NCBI GenBank assembly: GCA_963832745.1
Contig: CAWHVC010000002.1
Span: 1-64,000 of the forward strand
Direction of reading: 5' to 3'
Length of the DNA: 64,000 bases
Source: Candidatus Bathyarchaeota archaeon
GTDB taxonomy: Archaea; Thermoproteota; Bathyarchaeia; Bathyarchaeales; Bathycorpusculaceae
Under the pieces are notes generated by a model. It was not told the origin of the DNA, ran no database searches, and worked only from the letters and a program-made list of their open reading frames with translations. The translations under genes were made by a program, and so were the position numbers. Shown one piece after another: positions 19,665-29,991 of the stretch; within the stretch, counting starts at the first letter, position 1; each line of letters begins with the position of its first letter.

Positions 19665-19830
19665 ACTTGTGCTGTTAAAATATGCAGCAGTTTTATCGTT
19701 AATCTTGTTTGTATCCTTTATAGGATTGGGTCTTGTCTTGAACGCTAATTTTTTAATCAATTTGGGGCTGTTGCTGTTTGCAGTGGGTTCAGGATTGTTA
19801 ACTTATTATTTAATAACAACAAAAACCTAA
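19648..19830 (+). CDS. Small membrane protein
   Basis: 60 aa, two TM helices; overlaps the upstream stop. Confidence 0.55.
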   Translation: MKSLDKLVLLKYAAVLSLILFVSFIGLGLVLNANFLINLGLLLFAVGSGLLTYYLITTKT

Positions 19831-19836
19831 CCAAGT

Positions 19837-20265
19837 TTATGTTAAAATCAGTGTTATCTTGACTTGTTGGCTGGGGTTTTTGAGTTTTTCAACAAACTCC
19901 CTTGACAAGTCAACCGCTGCCTTATCTGCTTTAACGGCTAAAGTGCGGTCAGAAGTAAAATCACTTTTCCTAACAACCATATCTACGTTGCTGCTTAAAT
20001 CAAGCGCACATGAACCATAAGCGGTGACTTCCTCAATTAAGCCGTCCACTTCAATCTTAACGGTCAATTTGGTGTTGGGCTGCCGAAGTTTTTCCTTGAA
20101 CTCTGAGCTAAAATCCACGACTGCTTTGTCGGCACCAACCGCTATGACGCAGTCACCCTGCTTTGAAAGTTCCCGGTCTTTTGTAATCATCAATGTGGAT
20201 GGATGAATAGCCAACACGTTAACGTGTCCAAAAGCCAAAACCTGCTCCTTTAACTGAGTTGCCAC
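19837..20265 (-). CDS. DUF371 family protein
   Basis: GHVNVLAIHPSTLMITKD..GDCVIAVGADKA..DMVVRKSDF..RTLAVKADKAA. Confidence 0.9.
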   Translation of the reverse strand: MATQLKEQVLAFGHVNVLAIHPSTLMITKDRELSKQGDCVIAVGADKAVVDFSSEFKEKLRQPNTKLTVKIEVDGLIEEVTAYGSCALDLSSNVDMVVRKSDFTSDRTLAVKADKAAVDLSREFVEKLKNPSQQVKITLILT

Positions 20266-21225
20266 TTACTCATTTACCTCGATTGAATCTACTTTTCCGT
20301 CGCCATCTAAATCAAAGCCCTGAATAACCACTGCAAACACGTCTTTGTCATCAAACCGTTGAAGAGTTTTCTTCCAAAAATTCGTTAAAGCCAACACGCA
20401 AGCTTTGGTGCCTACTGCCTTGTTTCCTGCAATAACGATTATGCGTTTGCTATTATCCCAAGGATTCACGATTTTCGCTATCAAACCAGCACCGTCAGAC
20501 GTGTAGGTTCTTCCAGTTTTTTTGGATGATAAGCCGCCAAGCAAGAAGCCCTGCTCAGACGATTGCATAACAAATTTTATGGGTAAATACTCGTTGATTT
20601 CTTGGGTTAACAGGTTGGTGCCTGGTCCACCGACTAGTATAAGATTGTTCTTTTCTTCTTTTTCCACTTTTACGTCAACGTCAAGCTTAACTGCAAACTC
20701 GTTGGGCAACTTGACGAATTGCCCCATAAATAGAGCTAAATGAGCCGCATAATGTCCGTCTCGAGCGCTTGTTTTGAATGGTCCGTGAGGTTGTGGGCTT
20801 CCAACTACAAATTTTCCCTCAAACACTCCATTATCAAGGAATTCTCGGAAAAATTTTTGTAGAAGGTCATCGATGCTTAGGGCGCAAATGTTTTGGATAG
20901 GCTTATACCCTCCTTGGAATTCTACGCCAAACGCGGGGGAGACGGTTTTATAGTATTTTGCGGTTGCTCCTTTCTTGTTTTCTTCTCGCTGCACAACGAT
21001 TGCCCCCGCTTTTGCCAGTTTTCGTATGTGGTAGTAGACTTTTTGTTCATGCATTCCTAGTTGCCGTGCTATTTCTAGAGGATACATCTCTTTCTTTGAG
21101 AGTAATGCTAAGATTTTCCAGCTTAGGCTGCCCAGTATCATTTTGAGGTCTTGAGAATTTAGTATGCTTATTTCTTTTACTTCTTGGGTTTTGCCGTTGT
21201 CTTGAAGTAAGCGTTTCTTTTCCAT
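20266..21225 (-). CDS. ArsR-like HTH protein with C-terminal alpha/beta (S-layer-C-like) domain
   Basis: YPLEIARQLGMHEQKVYYHIRKL HTH; NLILVGGPGTN; AGNKAVGTKA; terminal DLDGDGKVD. Confidence 0.8.
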   Translation of the reverse strand: MEKKRLLQDNGKTQEVKEISILNSQDLKMILGSLSWKILALLSKKEMYPLEIARQLGMHEQKVYYHIRKLAKAGAIVVQREENKKGATAKYYKTVSPAFGVEFQGGYKPIQNICALSIDDLLQKFFREFLDNGVFEGKFVVGSPQPHGPFKTSARDGHYAAHLALFMGQFVKLPNEFAVKLDVDVKVEKEEKNNLILVGGPGTNLLTQEINEYLPIKFVMQSSEQGFLLGGLSSKKTGRTYTSDGAGLIAKIVNPWDNSKRIIVIAGNKAVGTKACVLALTNFWKKTLQRFDDKDVFAVVIQGFDLDGDGKVDSIEVNE

Positions 21226-21447
21226 TCTGTGTCAATGGTATTTCGTGGTTACTATTATAAAAAATTTGTTTATGGTTACAAGACATTAACGCTTTACATT
21301 TGGAAATGTTTTAAGCTAAGATGTCAAATCAGCCCTAACCATTAAAAAAATGTTTTTAACGGTGCCATTTTTACCTTAAAAATCTTAATTAACAATTCAC
21401 AGACTTCATAAACCATAAATTAAGCATAAAAACGAAGGAAACAAGAA

Positions 21448-23277
21448 ATGTGCGGAATATTTGGTTGCATTTTAAAAGACGGAAACGCCGCTCCAGTGAT
21501 TCATTCCTCACTTAAACGGCTTGAATACCGCGGTTATGACTCAGTAGGCATAGCAACAATTTCGGATGGAAAAATTTTTCTAAAAAAAGACCAAGGCAAA
21601 ATCGACGAAGTCCACAAATGCTTAAACCTTGATGACCTCCCAGGAAGCGTCGGTATCGGGCACACACGTTGGGCAACTCACGGAGCACCGTTACAGGTAA
21701 ACTCGCATCCTCATTCAGACTGTACAGGTGAAATAATTGTCGTGCATAATGGCATCATCGAAAACTTTACCGAATTAAAATTTGAACTACAAAATCTTGG
21801 TCACACTTTTGTTTCTAAAACAGATACTGAAATTATTCCGCATTTAATTGAAGAAATAATGAAAAACAACCGCAAACTTTCCTTGGCGGAAGCTGTTCAG
21901 GAATCTCTAAAGCGTCTCGAAGGCTCTTTTGCATTGGCTGTTATTTCCAGCCGGGAGCCAAACAAAATTGTTTGCGCAAGAAACGAGAGTCCCCTTGTTT
22001 TAGGCGTTAGCGAAAACGGCGTTTATTGTGCCTCTGATATTCCTGCGTTTTTGCCGTTAACAAACAAAGCCGTAATGATAAACAACGGTGAGCTTATCAT
22101 TTTAACGGCAGAAGGCTACCAGATAAAGAAAATTCAAGATGGCAGTTCAATCGAGCGGGCTCCCGAAACAATTGAATGGACCCCTGAAATGGCGGTAAAA
22201 CAAGGTTACCCGCACTTTATGATTAAAGAAATCCATGAGCAACCCGAAGTCCTGCGCAACACCCTGAGGCTTCAGGAGCATTACTTGGATTTATTATCAA
22301 CTTTTCTTGACCGTGCAAGTGAAGTGTTCCTTGTAGCATGCGGAACAAGCTATCACGCATGCCTAGCAGCGTCCTATATGTTTTCAAAACTTGCATTTTT
22401 GCCCACTTACCCAGTGTATGCTTCAGAATTTATTGAGCAACATGGCAAATCCGTGAACATTGACAGCACCATCTTGGCTGTTAGCCAGTCAGGCGAAACA
22501 GCTGACACTATCGCCGCCGTAACCTGTGCACAGCAACGAGCAGCAACAATCTTAAGCTTAACTAACGTCATCGGCTCGACTCTTACCCGTATTTCAAGAG
22601 TCTACATTGGCACGCAGGCAGGACCAGAAATCGGTGTCGCAGCCACAAAAACCTTTACTTCACAACTTTCAGTGCTTGTACAGTTAGCGTTACGGTTAGC
22701 TAAAAAGCGTGGCAAGGTTTCTCAAGATGAAATTGACACGCTTGAAGTACAACTTGACAAGCTTCCTGACTTGGTAGATACCATTGTTAAGACCCAAGAG
22801 GAAAAAGTGAAACAGATTGCTCACAAGTATGCAGGCTGCAAAGTGTTCTTTTTCCTTGGCAGAGGTATAAGCACCGCCACCGCTTTTGAAGGTAGACTCA
22901 AACTTATGGAAATCGCTTATATTCCATCCATTGCATTTCCAGCAGGTGAAAGCAAACACGGTCCAATTAGCTTAATCGAGAACGGGTTCCCTGTTGTGTT
23001 TGTTTGCCAAAAAGATGACACTCACAAAACCGTAATTGGCAACATCATGGAAATGAAAGCTCGAGGCGCCAAAATCATTGCAATAATCGAAGAAGGCGAC
23101 AATGAAATCAAAGATTTAGCTGACGACTACCTTGAAGTTCCAAAAGGCATCCCAAGTGTGCTCTCTCCAATTCCGTTTGCTATACCATTGCAGCTTTTAG
23201 CATACTATACGGCTTTAGAGCTTAACTACAACCCAGATATGCCACGCAACTTGGCAAAATCGGTTACCGTAAAGTAA
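21448..23277 (+). CDS. glmS: Glutamine--fructose-6-phosphate transaminase (isomerizing)
   Basis: MCGIFG, LEYRGYDS, GHTRWATHG, SQSGETADT, PRNLAKSVTV. Confidence 0.98.
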   Translation: MCGIFGCILKDGNAAPVIHSSLKRLEYRGYDSVGIATISDGKIFLKKDQGKIDEVHKCLNLDDLPGSVGIGHTRWATHGAPLQVNSHPHSDCTGEIIVVHNGIIENFTELKFELQNLGHTFVSKTDTEIIPHLIEEIMKNNRKLSLAEAVQESLKRLEGSFALAVISSREPNKIVCARNESPLVLGVSENGVYCASDIPAFLPLTNKAVMINNGELIILTAEGYQIKKIQDGSSIERAPETIEWTPEMAVKQGYPHFMIKEIHEQPEVLRNTLRLQEHYLDLLSTFLDRASEVFLVACGTSYHACLAASYMFSKLAFLPTYPVYASEFIEQHGKSVNIDSTILAVSQSGETADTIAAVTCAQQRAATILSLTNVIGSTLTRISRVYIGTQAGPEIGVAATKTFTSQLSVLVQLALRLAKKRGKVSQDEIDTLEVQLDKLPDLVDTIVKTQEEKVKQIAHKYAGCKVFFFLGRGISTATAFEGRLKLMEIAYIPSIAFPAGESKHGPISLIENGFPVVFVCQKDDTHKTVIGNIMEMKARGAKIIAIIEEGDNEIKDLADDYLEVPKGIPSVLSPIPFAIPLQLLAYYTALELNYNPDMPRNLAKSVTVK

Positions 23278-23361
23278 CCATCCATTTTTCCGTTACTATT
23301 TTTTCGACCATAGCCGTTAAAAGCAATAACATCCCTTAATGTTTTTAAAGGGGTTACGGCT

Positions 23362-24039
23362 TTGGAGAAAACTGGCTGGGAAAAATTAATTGATAACCTA
23401 GTAAAACAGGATATTATCCGTACACCAAAAATAGCCGAAGCAATGCGTGCAACCCCGCGTTCCAAGTTTCTCTCATCAGACAAAGAAGCCTACAGTAACA
23501 AAGACACACCGCTCAACATCGGTTTTGGCCAAACCATTACCGCACCACATATAGTTGCAATAATAAATGAAGCACTAAAACTTGCAGTGGGCCATAAAGT
23601 GCTTGAAGTCGGCGCCGGTACTGGATGGCAAGCGGCAACAATGGCGGAACTTGTAACATCTCCTGATGCCCCTCGAAGTGAATGGGGCCATATTTACACC
23701 GTTGAAATTGTGGCGGCATTAGCTGAGCAGGCACGTAAAAACATCCGAAATGCCGGTTACGGCGACCGAGTGACAACAATCAACGCTGACGGCTCCAAAG
23801 GCTACCCTGAAAAAGCGCCATACGACCGCATTGTCGTAACTGCTGCAGCTTCAGAAATCCCTTCTCTATTGCTTGACCAATTAAAAAGCGGCGGAATCAT
23901 GATTATCCCCATAGGAAAAAGTGACCTGTTCCAGAACCTCATGCGCGTAACTAAAGAGGCAGATGCAAACATCAAAAAAGAAAACCTTGGCGGCGTCGCC
24001 TTTGTGCCCCTGACTGGCGAGTTTGGAGTTAAACCTTAA
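23362..24039 (+). CDS. pcm: Protein-L-isoaspartate O-methyltransferase
   Basis: IGFGQTITAPH, VLEVGAGTGW, APYDRIVVTAA, VAFVPL. Confidence 0.93.
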   Translation: MEKTGWEKLIDNLVKQDIIRTPKIAEAMRATPRSKFLSSDKEAYSNKDTPLNIGFGQTITAPHIVAIINEALKLAVGHKVLEVGAGTGWQAATMAELVTSPDAPRSEWGHIYTVEIVAALAEQARKNIRNAGYGDRVTTINADGSKGYPEKAPYDRIVVTAAASEIPSLLLDQLKSGGIMIIPIGKSDLFQNLMRVTKEADANIKKENLGGVAFVPLTGEFGVKP

Positions 24040-24041
24040 AG

Positions 24042-25067
24042 TTACCCAAACCACTTTTCCAGTGACGTCTTGCCTTTCTGTTTCTTGCTACCCGAAGTCA
24101 TGCGTTCAAAAGATTTTTTGATGCGTTCCTCACCGAACTCTTTTTCGCGGCACATAAAATCGATTAAACCTGCCTCGTCGGGTTCCTTCCAACTGATTTG
24201 GTAGTTGTCGGTAACTTCTGGATGCAGAAAAATATCTCTTATTTGAGCTACTTGGTCAGCGAACGTCACGTTTTCAATGTGCGGTATCGCTTTCTCTAAG
24301 GTGCCGTATTGTTTTATGAGTTTAAGAGCGGTTTTTGGGCCTACCCCTTTTATACTGTCGTTAAAGTCAGTGCCGATTAAAATGCCCACATCAATCAGCT
24401 GTTCATGGGTTAACTCGCATTCGCCAAGAGTTTTTCGTAACTCAACAATTTCCGGCACAACTTCAATGAAAGCTTTCCCTCTTCTTCTGCGCCCCGAGAT
24501 TGTAACGTTTCTGAGCAGTTTAGGCGCGCCGAAAAGTAAGCTGTCATAGTCTTGGCTTGCGCAATAATCTGCGTCGCCTTTTTTGTTCATATATGCTGCT
24601 TGGGCTTCTCCTTCGCTTGGCGCTTGAATCCACGGCAAACCCATCAGGTCCAGCACTTTTTTGCTGTCAGGAATCATGTAATCTTTCATGGTCGTTGCAA
24701 CTTGGGCGAACTTACGCATGTTTTCAGTGTCGCCGCTTGCTGCCGCTTTTTGATAATTTGCTACTGCTTCAACCTTAACTTGCCTGCGTCGCTCTACTTC
24801 GGCGGATTTCAATTGTGGATGTTTTCCGTCGAAAACGTAAATTGGTTTTAAGCCCATTTCTACTAGGTTGCTTGTGCGGTAGAAGAGTCCACTCAAGTGA
24901 CTAGTGATTTGGTCTTTGCTGTTTTTGAGTGGGGTGCCGTCTGGTTGCCTGATTATGCTTAGGAACTGGTAGATTGCGTTGTATGCATCAATTGCGATGA
25001 TTTTACCGCTGAGGTCTTCGAGTTTCACGGGGGTTTTTGGTATGAGGTCTTTGAAGTTTACGCCCAA
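24042..25067 (-). CDS. fen: Flap endonuclease 1
   Basis: IDAYNAIYQFL, TSHLSGLFYR, APSEGEAQAA, SQDYDSLLFG, C-terminal PIP-like TSLEKWF. Confidence 0.97.
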   Translation of the reverse strand: MGVNFKDLIPKTPVKLEDLSGKIIAIDAYNAIYQFLSIIRQPDGTPLKNSKDQITSHLSGLFYRTSNLVEMGLKPIYVFDGKHPQLKSAEVERRRQVKVEAVANYQKAAASGDTENMRKFAQVATTMKDYMIPDSKKVLDLMGLPWIQAPSEGEAQAAYMNKKGDADYCASQDYDSLLFGAPKLLRNVTISGRRRRGKAFIEVVPEIVELRKTLGECELTHEQLIDVGILIGTDFNDSIKGVGPKTALKLIKQYGTLEKAIPHIENVTFADQVAQIRDIFLHPEVTDNYQISWKEPDEAGLIDFMCREKEFGEERIKKSFERMTSGSKKQKGKTSLEKWFG

Positions 25068-25185
25068 AATGGTTCAACCAACTATTGATAGGAAGGGAAC
25101 AATCTTATGAGTTTTGCTAAAACGTGTTTAGATTTAACTTGTTGTTGTTTTCAAAAAATAAAAAAAGAAGTGGTTTGGATTTTGT

Positions 25186-27792
25186 TTAGTGTTTTCGTAT
25201 TAGCGCTATTATTCCAATGATTATGGCTATAACTACTAGAACCATAATTCCGTAGAGAAGCATTGAATTGTCAACTGAGTTTTGTATTGTTGTATCAGGG
25301 CTTGTTGTTGCTGCAGCTTGTTCAACAGAAATATTTGCTTCATCCCAACTACTTCCATAGGATTCTGAACCTGCAAAAGTAGCGGTAATCTTGTACATTC
25401 CTTCATGAGGAGGTGTCCATGCATAAGCAAATTTGCCGCTGATATCACTTGTTGCCGTGCCAATGTCAACGGGGTTGCCGTTGTCGTCTATTGCCATCAG
25501 TGAGACTGTAACGCCTTCGACTGTAACGTTATGGTAGATTCCGTCGATTGGCATTTGTAGTTGTAGGTAGTCCATCCAAGTATCCATTGATTTGTCTGCA
25601 ACACAGGGTGTTCCTGGTTGAGCTGGTGATTGGTCAAGGACTGTTCCCTCAATCATTACGCTTGCGCCTGATGTGGCAATGTTAGGTGTTGCTGTTACAG
25701 TGGTTGCACTTTGTCCTTTGCCTAAAACATACAAATATCCATCATATGCGCTGGATGCAGTCAGATATCCGTCTGCTGCGGCTCCTGGGCTCATTTGTGT
25801 TCCACTTATCTTCCAAAGTTTTTCTCCGGTGACTGCGTCGAGGCATATTAGACCCCATCCTCTTGTTGCAGGTTGGCTTGGTGTGTGTTCTGTGTTTGAT
25901 ACGTATAGTTTTCCGTCTGCGACTCTAATTGTTTGAACTGAGTAGCAGGATATTGTGTTATTATCTGAAGTGTATGGTGTTTCAAATGGAACTGCTGGGT
26001 CAACATAATGGAAGACGACATTGCCGTTGGTTTCGTTTAGCGCCCAAATGCCTGTGTAGCCGACTCCGTAAAGTATGTCCATGTATGCTGCTTCATCGTA
26101 CATCCAGAATTCACCCCATGGATAATCGTCCATGTGTGTTTCCCAGAGTATTTGTCCAGTGTGTAGGTCTCTGGCTTGCCAATATCCAAGTTCCATTTCA
26201 GCTATAAAGCGTCCGTCTCTACACCAAGTGTTTGTTGGTCTGTAGCCTGACTCCATTTCGTTAACGTTTGTTGATATGTTCCAAAGCGTTTGACCACCAT
26301 GTGCTAGGTCTATTGCCCAGAAGTTTGATCCGTAGTAGCCTCCGTAGATGAATCTGTCTTCAATAACTGTGATGCCAGTTTCCGGGTCATATGCACCTAA
26401 ATTGCCGTAGCTGCCTGTGGTGTAGATTGTTCTTAGACTGTTGGGTATGGTGACTGACTGGTTGCTTTCAATTCTTGACGCAAAGTTTGATGATGAACCT
26501 ACTGTTGACCAGTTAACTAAATAGCCAGTGGTTGATCTAGCGGTAGTGATGTTTTCTGCTGGACTGAAGTATTCAGTTTCATATGCGTTGTAGCTAAGGA
26601 AATAGCCGTTTCTATAGAAGTAGGTTGAGCCAAGGTTGCTTGGAAGACTAACGTTCGTGGTTACTCGTCCAGTGAATGGGTCAATCTTGTAAAGCCTGTT
26701 TCCACTTATCGTTAGAAGATCGACAACTAGGTTGCTTGATGCTTCTGAACCGGGTACTGTTCCAGTGGCAGAAGCGGCCTCAGGGCTAACATAGTTAATG
26801 TATGTTGGTGTGACGCCTCCATTTGCGACTGGAATGGCATAGTAGAGTTCGCCTGTTTGCAAGTTATAGCATACTGCACAGTTTGTTGGTACACCATTTA
26901 TGGTCTCATACCTTGTTTGGTAGGCTCTGCCCATGTAGATAACGTCGGGTGTTCCGGGTCTGCCAAGCGCTGAATAAGATCCTGCTTCGCCTCCAATGAT
27001 GCCTGATAATGCTTCTTGTTGCTTCCAAACAATATGTGGTGTGTTTGGTGCAGTGACAAAGGGTCCGTACCATTCATCGTCCCAACTGCATTGTCCGTCA
27101 ATGCCTGCGATTAATGGTTGAGTCCATGGGTAGTTGCCGCCAACAGCGCTCCATTCTCTATTGTTGGGTTGTATTGGTCTTGACCAGTAATCTGTTGGAA
27201 GAGCAGAATGCCAAGACATGACCATGTCTTCTTGCACTGTTATGCTTACTACTGGTGATTCAGCTGGTGAAACGTAGACTGATGGATTGTAAATTGCGTT
27301 TGCAAACTGTCCTTCACGTGCTGTTGAGTATTGTCCTGAAATGAAGTATCCCGCTGGGAAGTATTCGCCTGCAAATGAGAACTGGAATTGCCATTCGCCA
27401 ACTTGGTCAACCATGTAACTAAACCAGCTAGTGCCGTCTGCAACGTAAGATTTCAGGTTTACATCTTCAGTTGTTCCGTCTGGCTTTGTTATGTGAACTG
27501 TGTAGCCAACTTGGTATTTGCCTTCTCCACTTGGGAAGGTTGTCCAAACGTTAACCAGTAATTCTTGGTTGACGCCTATTGGGTTTGGCGACACACTGAG
27601 GAAGGCTTGCGATTGTATTGTGTAATCCGCTGTTTCTCCTGCTGGAATTGCTGTTGGTCCTTCAAAGCCTGCTGTTGGTTGTCCACCGTGTTCTTGTACT
27701 TGAGCTTGAACTGGAGCTGCTATTGCTGCCATCGATGTTGTTATAAGAATTGCCGCGATTATTGCCAAAATTTTCATTGAATATTTATTCAA
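25186..27792 (-). CDS. Secreted, membrane-anchored PQQ-like beta-propeller repeat surface protein
   Basis: Signal peptide; repeated A/C-x-D/N-xx-TG-xx-LW units; Ig-like segments; C-terminal TM plus basic tail. Confidence 0.85.
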   Translation of the reverse strand: MNKYSMKILAIIAAILITTSMAAIAAPVQAQVQEHGGQPTAGFEGPTAIPAGETADYTIQSQAFLSVSPNPIGVNQELLVNVWTTFPSGEGKYQVGYTVHITKPDGTTEDVNLKSYVADGTSWFSYMVDQVGEWQFQFSFAGEYFPAGYFISGQYSTAREGQFANAIYNPSVYVSPAESPVVSITVQEDMVMSWHSALPTDYWSRPIQPNNREWSAVGGNYPWTQPLIAGIDGQCSWDDEWYGPFVTAPNTPHIVWKQQEALSGIIGGEAGSYSALGRPGTPDVIYMGRAYQTRYETINGVPTNCAVCYNLQTGELYYAIPVANGGVTPTYINYVSPEAASATGTVPGSEASSNLVVDLLTISGNRLYKIDPFTGRVTTNVSLPSNLGSTYFYRNGYFLSYNAYETEYFSPAENITTARSTTGYLVNWSTVGSSSNFASRIESNQSVTIPNSLRTIYTTGSYGNLGAYDPETGITVIEDRFIYGGYYGSNFWAIDLAHGGQTLWNISTNVNEMESGYRPTNTWCRDGRFIAEMELGYWQARDLHTGQILWETHMDDYPWGEFWMYDEAAYMDILYGVGYTGIWALNETNGNVVFHYVDPAVPFETPYTSDNNTISCYSVQTIRVADGKLYVSNTEHTPSQPATRGWGLICLDAVTGEKLWKISGTQMSPGAAADGYLTASSAYDGYLYVLGKGQSATTVTATPNIATSGASVMIEGTVLDQSPAQPGTPCVADKSMDTWMDYLQLQMPIDGIYHNVTVEGVTVSLMAIDDNGNPVDIGTATSDISGKFAYAWTPPHEGMYKITATFAGSESYGSSWDEANISVEQAAATTSPDTTIQNSVDNSMLLYGIMVLVVIAIIIGIIALIRKH

Positions 27793-27908
27793 TTTTTGTT
27801 TTTCTCTCCTATTCTTTTCAGAGCCAAAGTTTTTGCATTGTTTGCCTTTGCTTTGGTTTCTGTGACTTAAACAGCGGTTTTATGTTGTTTTAAAGTTGTT
27901 AGGAAGGC

Positions 27909-27930
27909 AATACTTACAACCGAAAGTATT
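27909..27930. promoter_or_regulatory. Inverted repeat between divergent PQQ-repeat and TrmB genes (putative operator)
   Basis: AATACTT-N8-AAGTATT. Confidence 0.3.
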
Positions 27931-27970
27931 ATTTGCAAATAACGGCTATTATGATTACAGAAAGTAAACG

Positions 27971-28783
27971 GTGATAACTGAGGGGATGGGGTTGATTAAA
28001 GAAGACTTAGCTAAACAGCTAGCCGTCTTTGGATTTACCTTAAATCAAGCTAAAATCTATTTAACTATTGTAGAAGCAGGTTCTTTATCAGTAGCTGAGG
28101 TTGCTTCGCACACTAAAATGCATAGACAAGATGTTTATCAGATTCTTCCAAAGCTAGAAGAAAACGGGTTAATAACCAAAACGCTGGGTACACCCATCAT
28201 GATAAAGGCTATCCCAGTTGAAAAAGCCCTAAAAGAATTAATTTCAACAAAATGGCAGCAAGCACGCGAAGAAATAATGTGCATGCAAGCCACCTTGAAA
28301 AACTTGACAAAGGGCTTAACGCTCCTTAACGGTCAGGAAGAAAACGAAGAGCCATATTTCATTTTGCTTGGAAAAGAAAACGAGATTACAAATTCTTCTG
28401 ATCTTTTATTTGAAAATGCAGAAAGTACATGTGATTTTGTCGCAAGCGTAGAACTGTTGGAGTTTAAGGCGGAAAAATGGTTTTATAGACTCGCAACAGC
28501 GGCAGGTAGAGGTGTTAAGATTCGATTAATAGTTACTGCGTCAAGTAAAGATGATAGGGCTAAAGCGATTATTCAAAGAATAAGCCCTAGGCAGGGTGAT
28601 TTCACAGTTAAATTTTTGGTTCATAGAGCTGTTAAACCTTTCCAAGTTTTTGACCAGACGGTTGTCTGGATATTTACGTCTAAGAAGCAGCCTTCTGGGT
28701 GGCCTTGTGTTTTGTGGTCAAATGGGGAACACTTGGTAGAGCCGTATCGGGAACGGTTTGAAAAATTCTGGAATGAGAAATAG
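27971..28783 (+). CDS. TrmB family transcriptional regulator
   Basis: FGFTLNQAKIYL..HRQDVYQILPKLEENGLI..P; C-terminal PLD-like effector domain ending FEKFW. Confidence 0.88.
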   Translation: MITEGMGLIKEDLAKQLAVFGFTLNQAKIYLTIVEAGSLSVAEVASHTKMHRQDVYQILPKLEENGLITKTLGTPIMIKAIPVEKALKELISTKWQQAREEIMCMQATLKNLTKGLTLLNGQEENEEPYFILLGKENEITNSSDLLFENAESTCDFVASVELLEFKAEKWFYRLATAAGRGVKIRLIVTASSKDDRAKAIIQRISPRQGDFTVKFLVHRAVKPFQVFDQTVVWIFTSKKQPSGWPCVLWSNGEHLVEPYRERFEKFWNEK

Positions 28784-28988
28784 TTTGGCAGATTGTACCC
28801 TTATCCAATAGTTTGTTGCTTGTTACGTTATAGTTTTAAATGTAGTCCGCTTGCTAAAAAATGAAACATTTTGTATTAAAAACTGTGATTATTAAGCAAT
28901 ATTGTTCCTATTATCAGTTTTTTGTAAGTCAAATTAAAATACTTCAAAATCGTGTGACTATGGAAAACTACTGGACCGAAAGCAGCAG

Positions 28989-29693
28989 ATGACAACGGCA
29001 AAAACAAAAATTGTAACCATTCTCATCATTGCACTTATTTCAGCAACCAGTTTAATCCTTATGTACCAGTATAATTCCCAGAAAAAAGTTGCCTCCCAAA
29101 TCATCCGTGTTGCTTGCGTCGGCGACAGCATCACCGAATGGTCAAGTTACCCTCAAAACCTGCAGGAACTGCTCGGTGATGGTTACTTGGTTAGCAATTT
29201 TGGTGTGGCAGGTTCAGCTGTAACCAAAGAATCCGATTTACCTTATATGAATCAAACCGCTTTTGAGGAAGCTAAGGATTTTCAGCCTGACGTGGTCATA
29301 ATTATGCTGGGAACAAACGACGCTAAAGACTTTAACTACCGGTACATTTACAATTTTCTTCCAGATTATCAGGAACTTGTAAACTCGTATGATAATCTTC
29401 CCGATTCTCAGCAAATTTACCTTGTCACCCCCCCGCCAATCTACAATAACACTTTGGGACTAGAAAACTCCAATTTAGAAGAGGGCGTAATACCCAATAT
29501 TGAGCAGGCTGCTGATAACATGAACTTGCCTACAATAGACGTTAACTCTGCTATGGCTAACCATTCAGAATACTTCAAAGATGGCGTGCATCCCAACGAT
29601 GATGGGGCAGAAGTAATCGCTAACACAATCAGTAACGTCATAGTTCAAGAAACCACTATGCTGGATGTTTACCAGTACCTGCTAAGTCCTTAA
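28989..29693 (+). CDS. Membrane-anchored SGNH/GDSL esterase
   Basis: VACVGDSIT, NFGVAG, MLGTND, DGVHPN; N-terminal TM. Confidence 0.92.
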   Translation: MTTAKTKIVTILIIALISATSLILMYQYNSQKKVASQIIRVACVGDSITEWSSYPQNLQELLGDGYLVSNFGVAGSAVTKESDLPYMNQTAFEEAKDFQPDVVIIMLGTNDAKDFNYRYIYNFLPDYQELVNSYDNLPDSQQIYLVTPPPIYNNTLGLENSNLEEGVIPNIEQAADNMNLPTIDVNSAMANHSEYFKDGVHPNDDGAEVIANTISNVIVQETTMLDVYQYLLSP

Positions 29694-29789
29694 ACTAAAA
29701 TTGTGTTTGAAAAGCAAAACCCGCAGTTTTTTAAGCACAGCAGATATAAGGAACCCTTACAATAAGAACCGCAAAGAAGTGTACAGCTT

Positions 29790-29975
29790 ATGACAGAAAG
29801 AAATGCACTATCACTGGTAACCTGCACTAGCTGCGGAAAACCAATCGCGCCGGGATCTGAATCAACAAAGTTCCTGTGCCCAAACTGCGGTGATATCCAA
29901 ATTAAAAGAGACGGAAAATGCCGCAAATTCGGACGCCTTTACAAATGTCCAAAATGCGGATTCCAAGGACCATAG
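29790..29975 (+). CDS. Zn-ribbon RNA-binding protein (DUF1610 / HVO_2753-like)
   Basis: CTSCG..FLCPNCG..I.R...CR....YKCPKCGFQGP; typical position upstream of EF-1beta. Confidence 0.92.
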   Translation: MTERNALSLVTCTSCGKPIAPGSESTKFLCPNCGDIQIKRDGKCRKFGRLYKCPKCGFQGP

Positions 29976-29991
29976 ACGCCTTAGGTGAATT

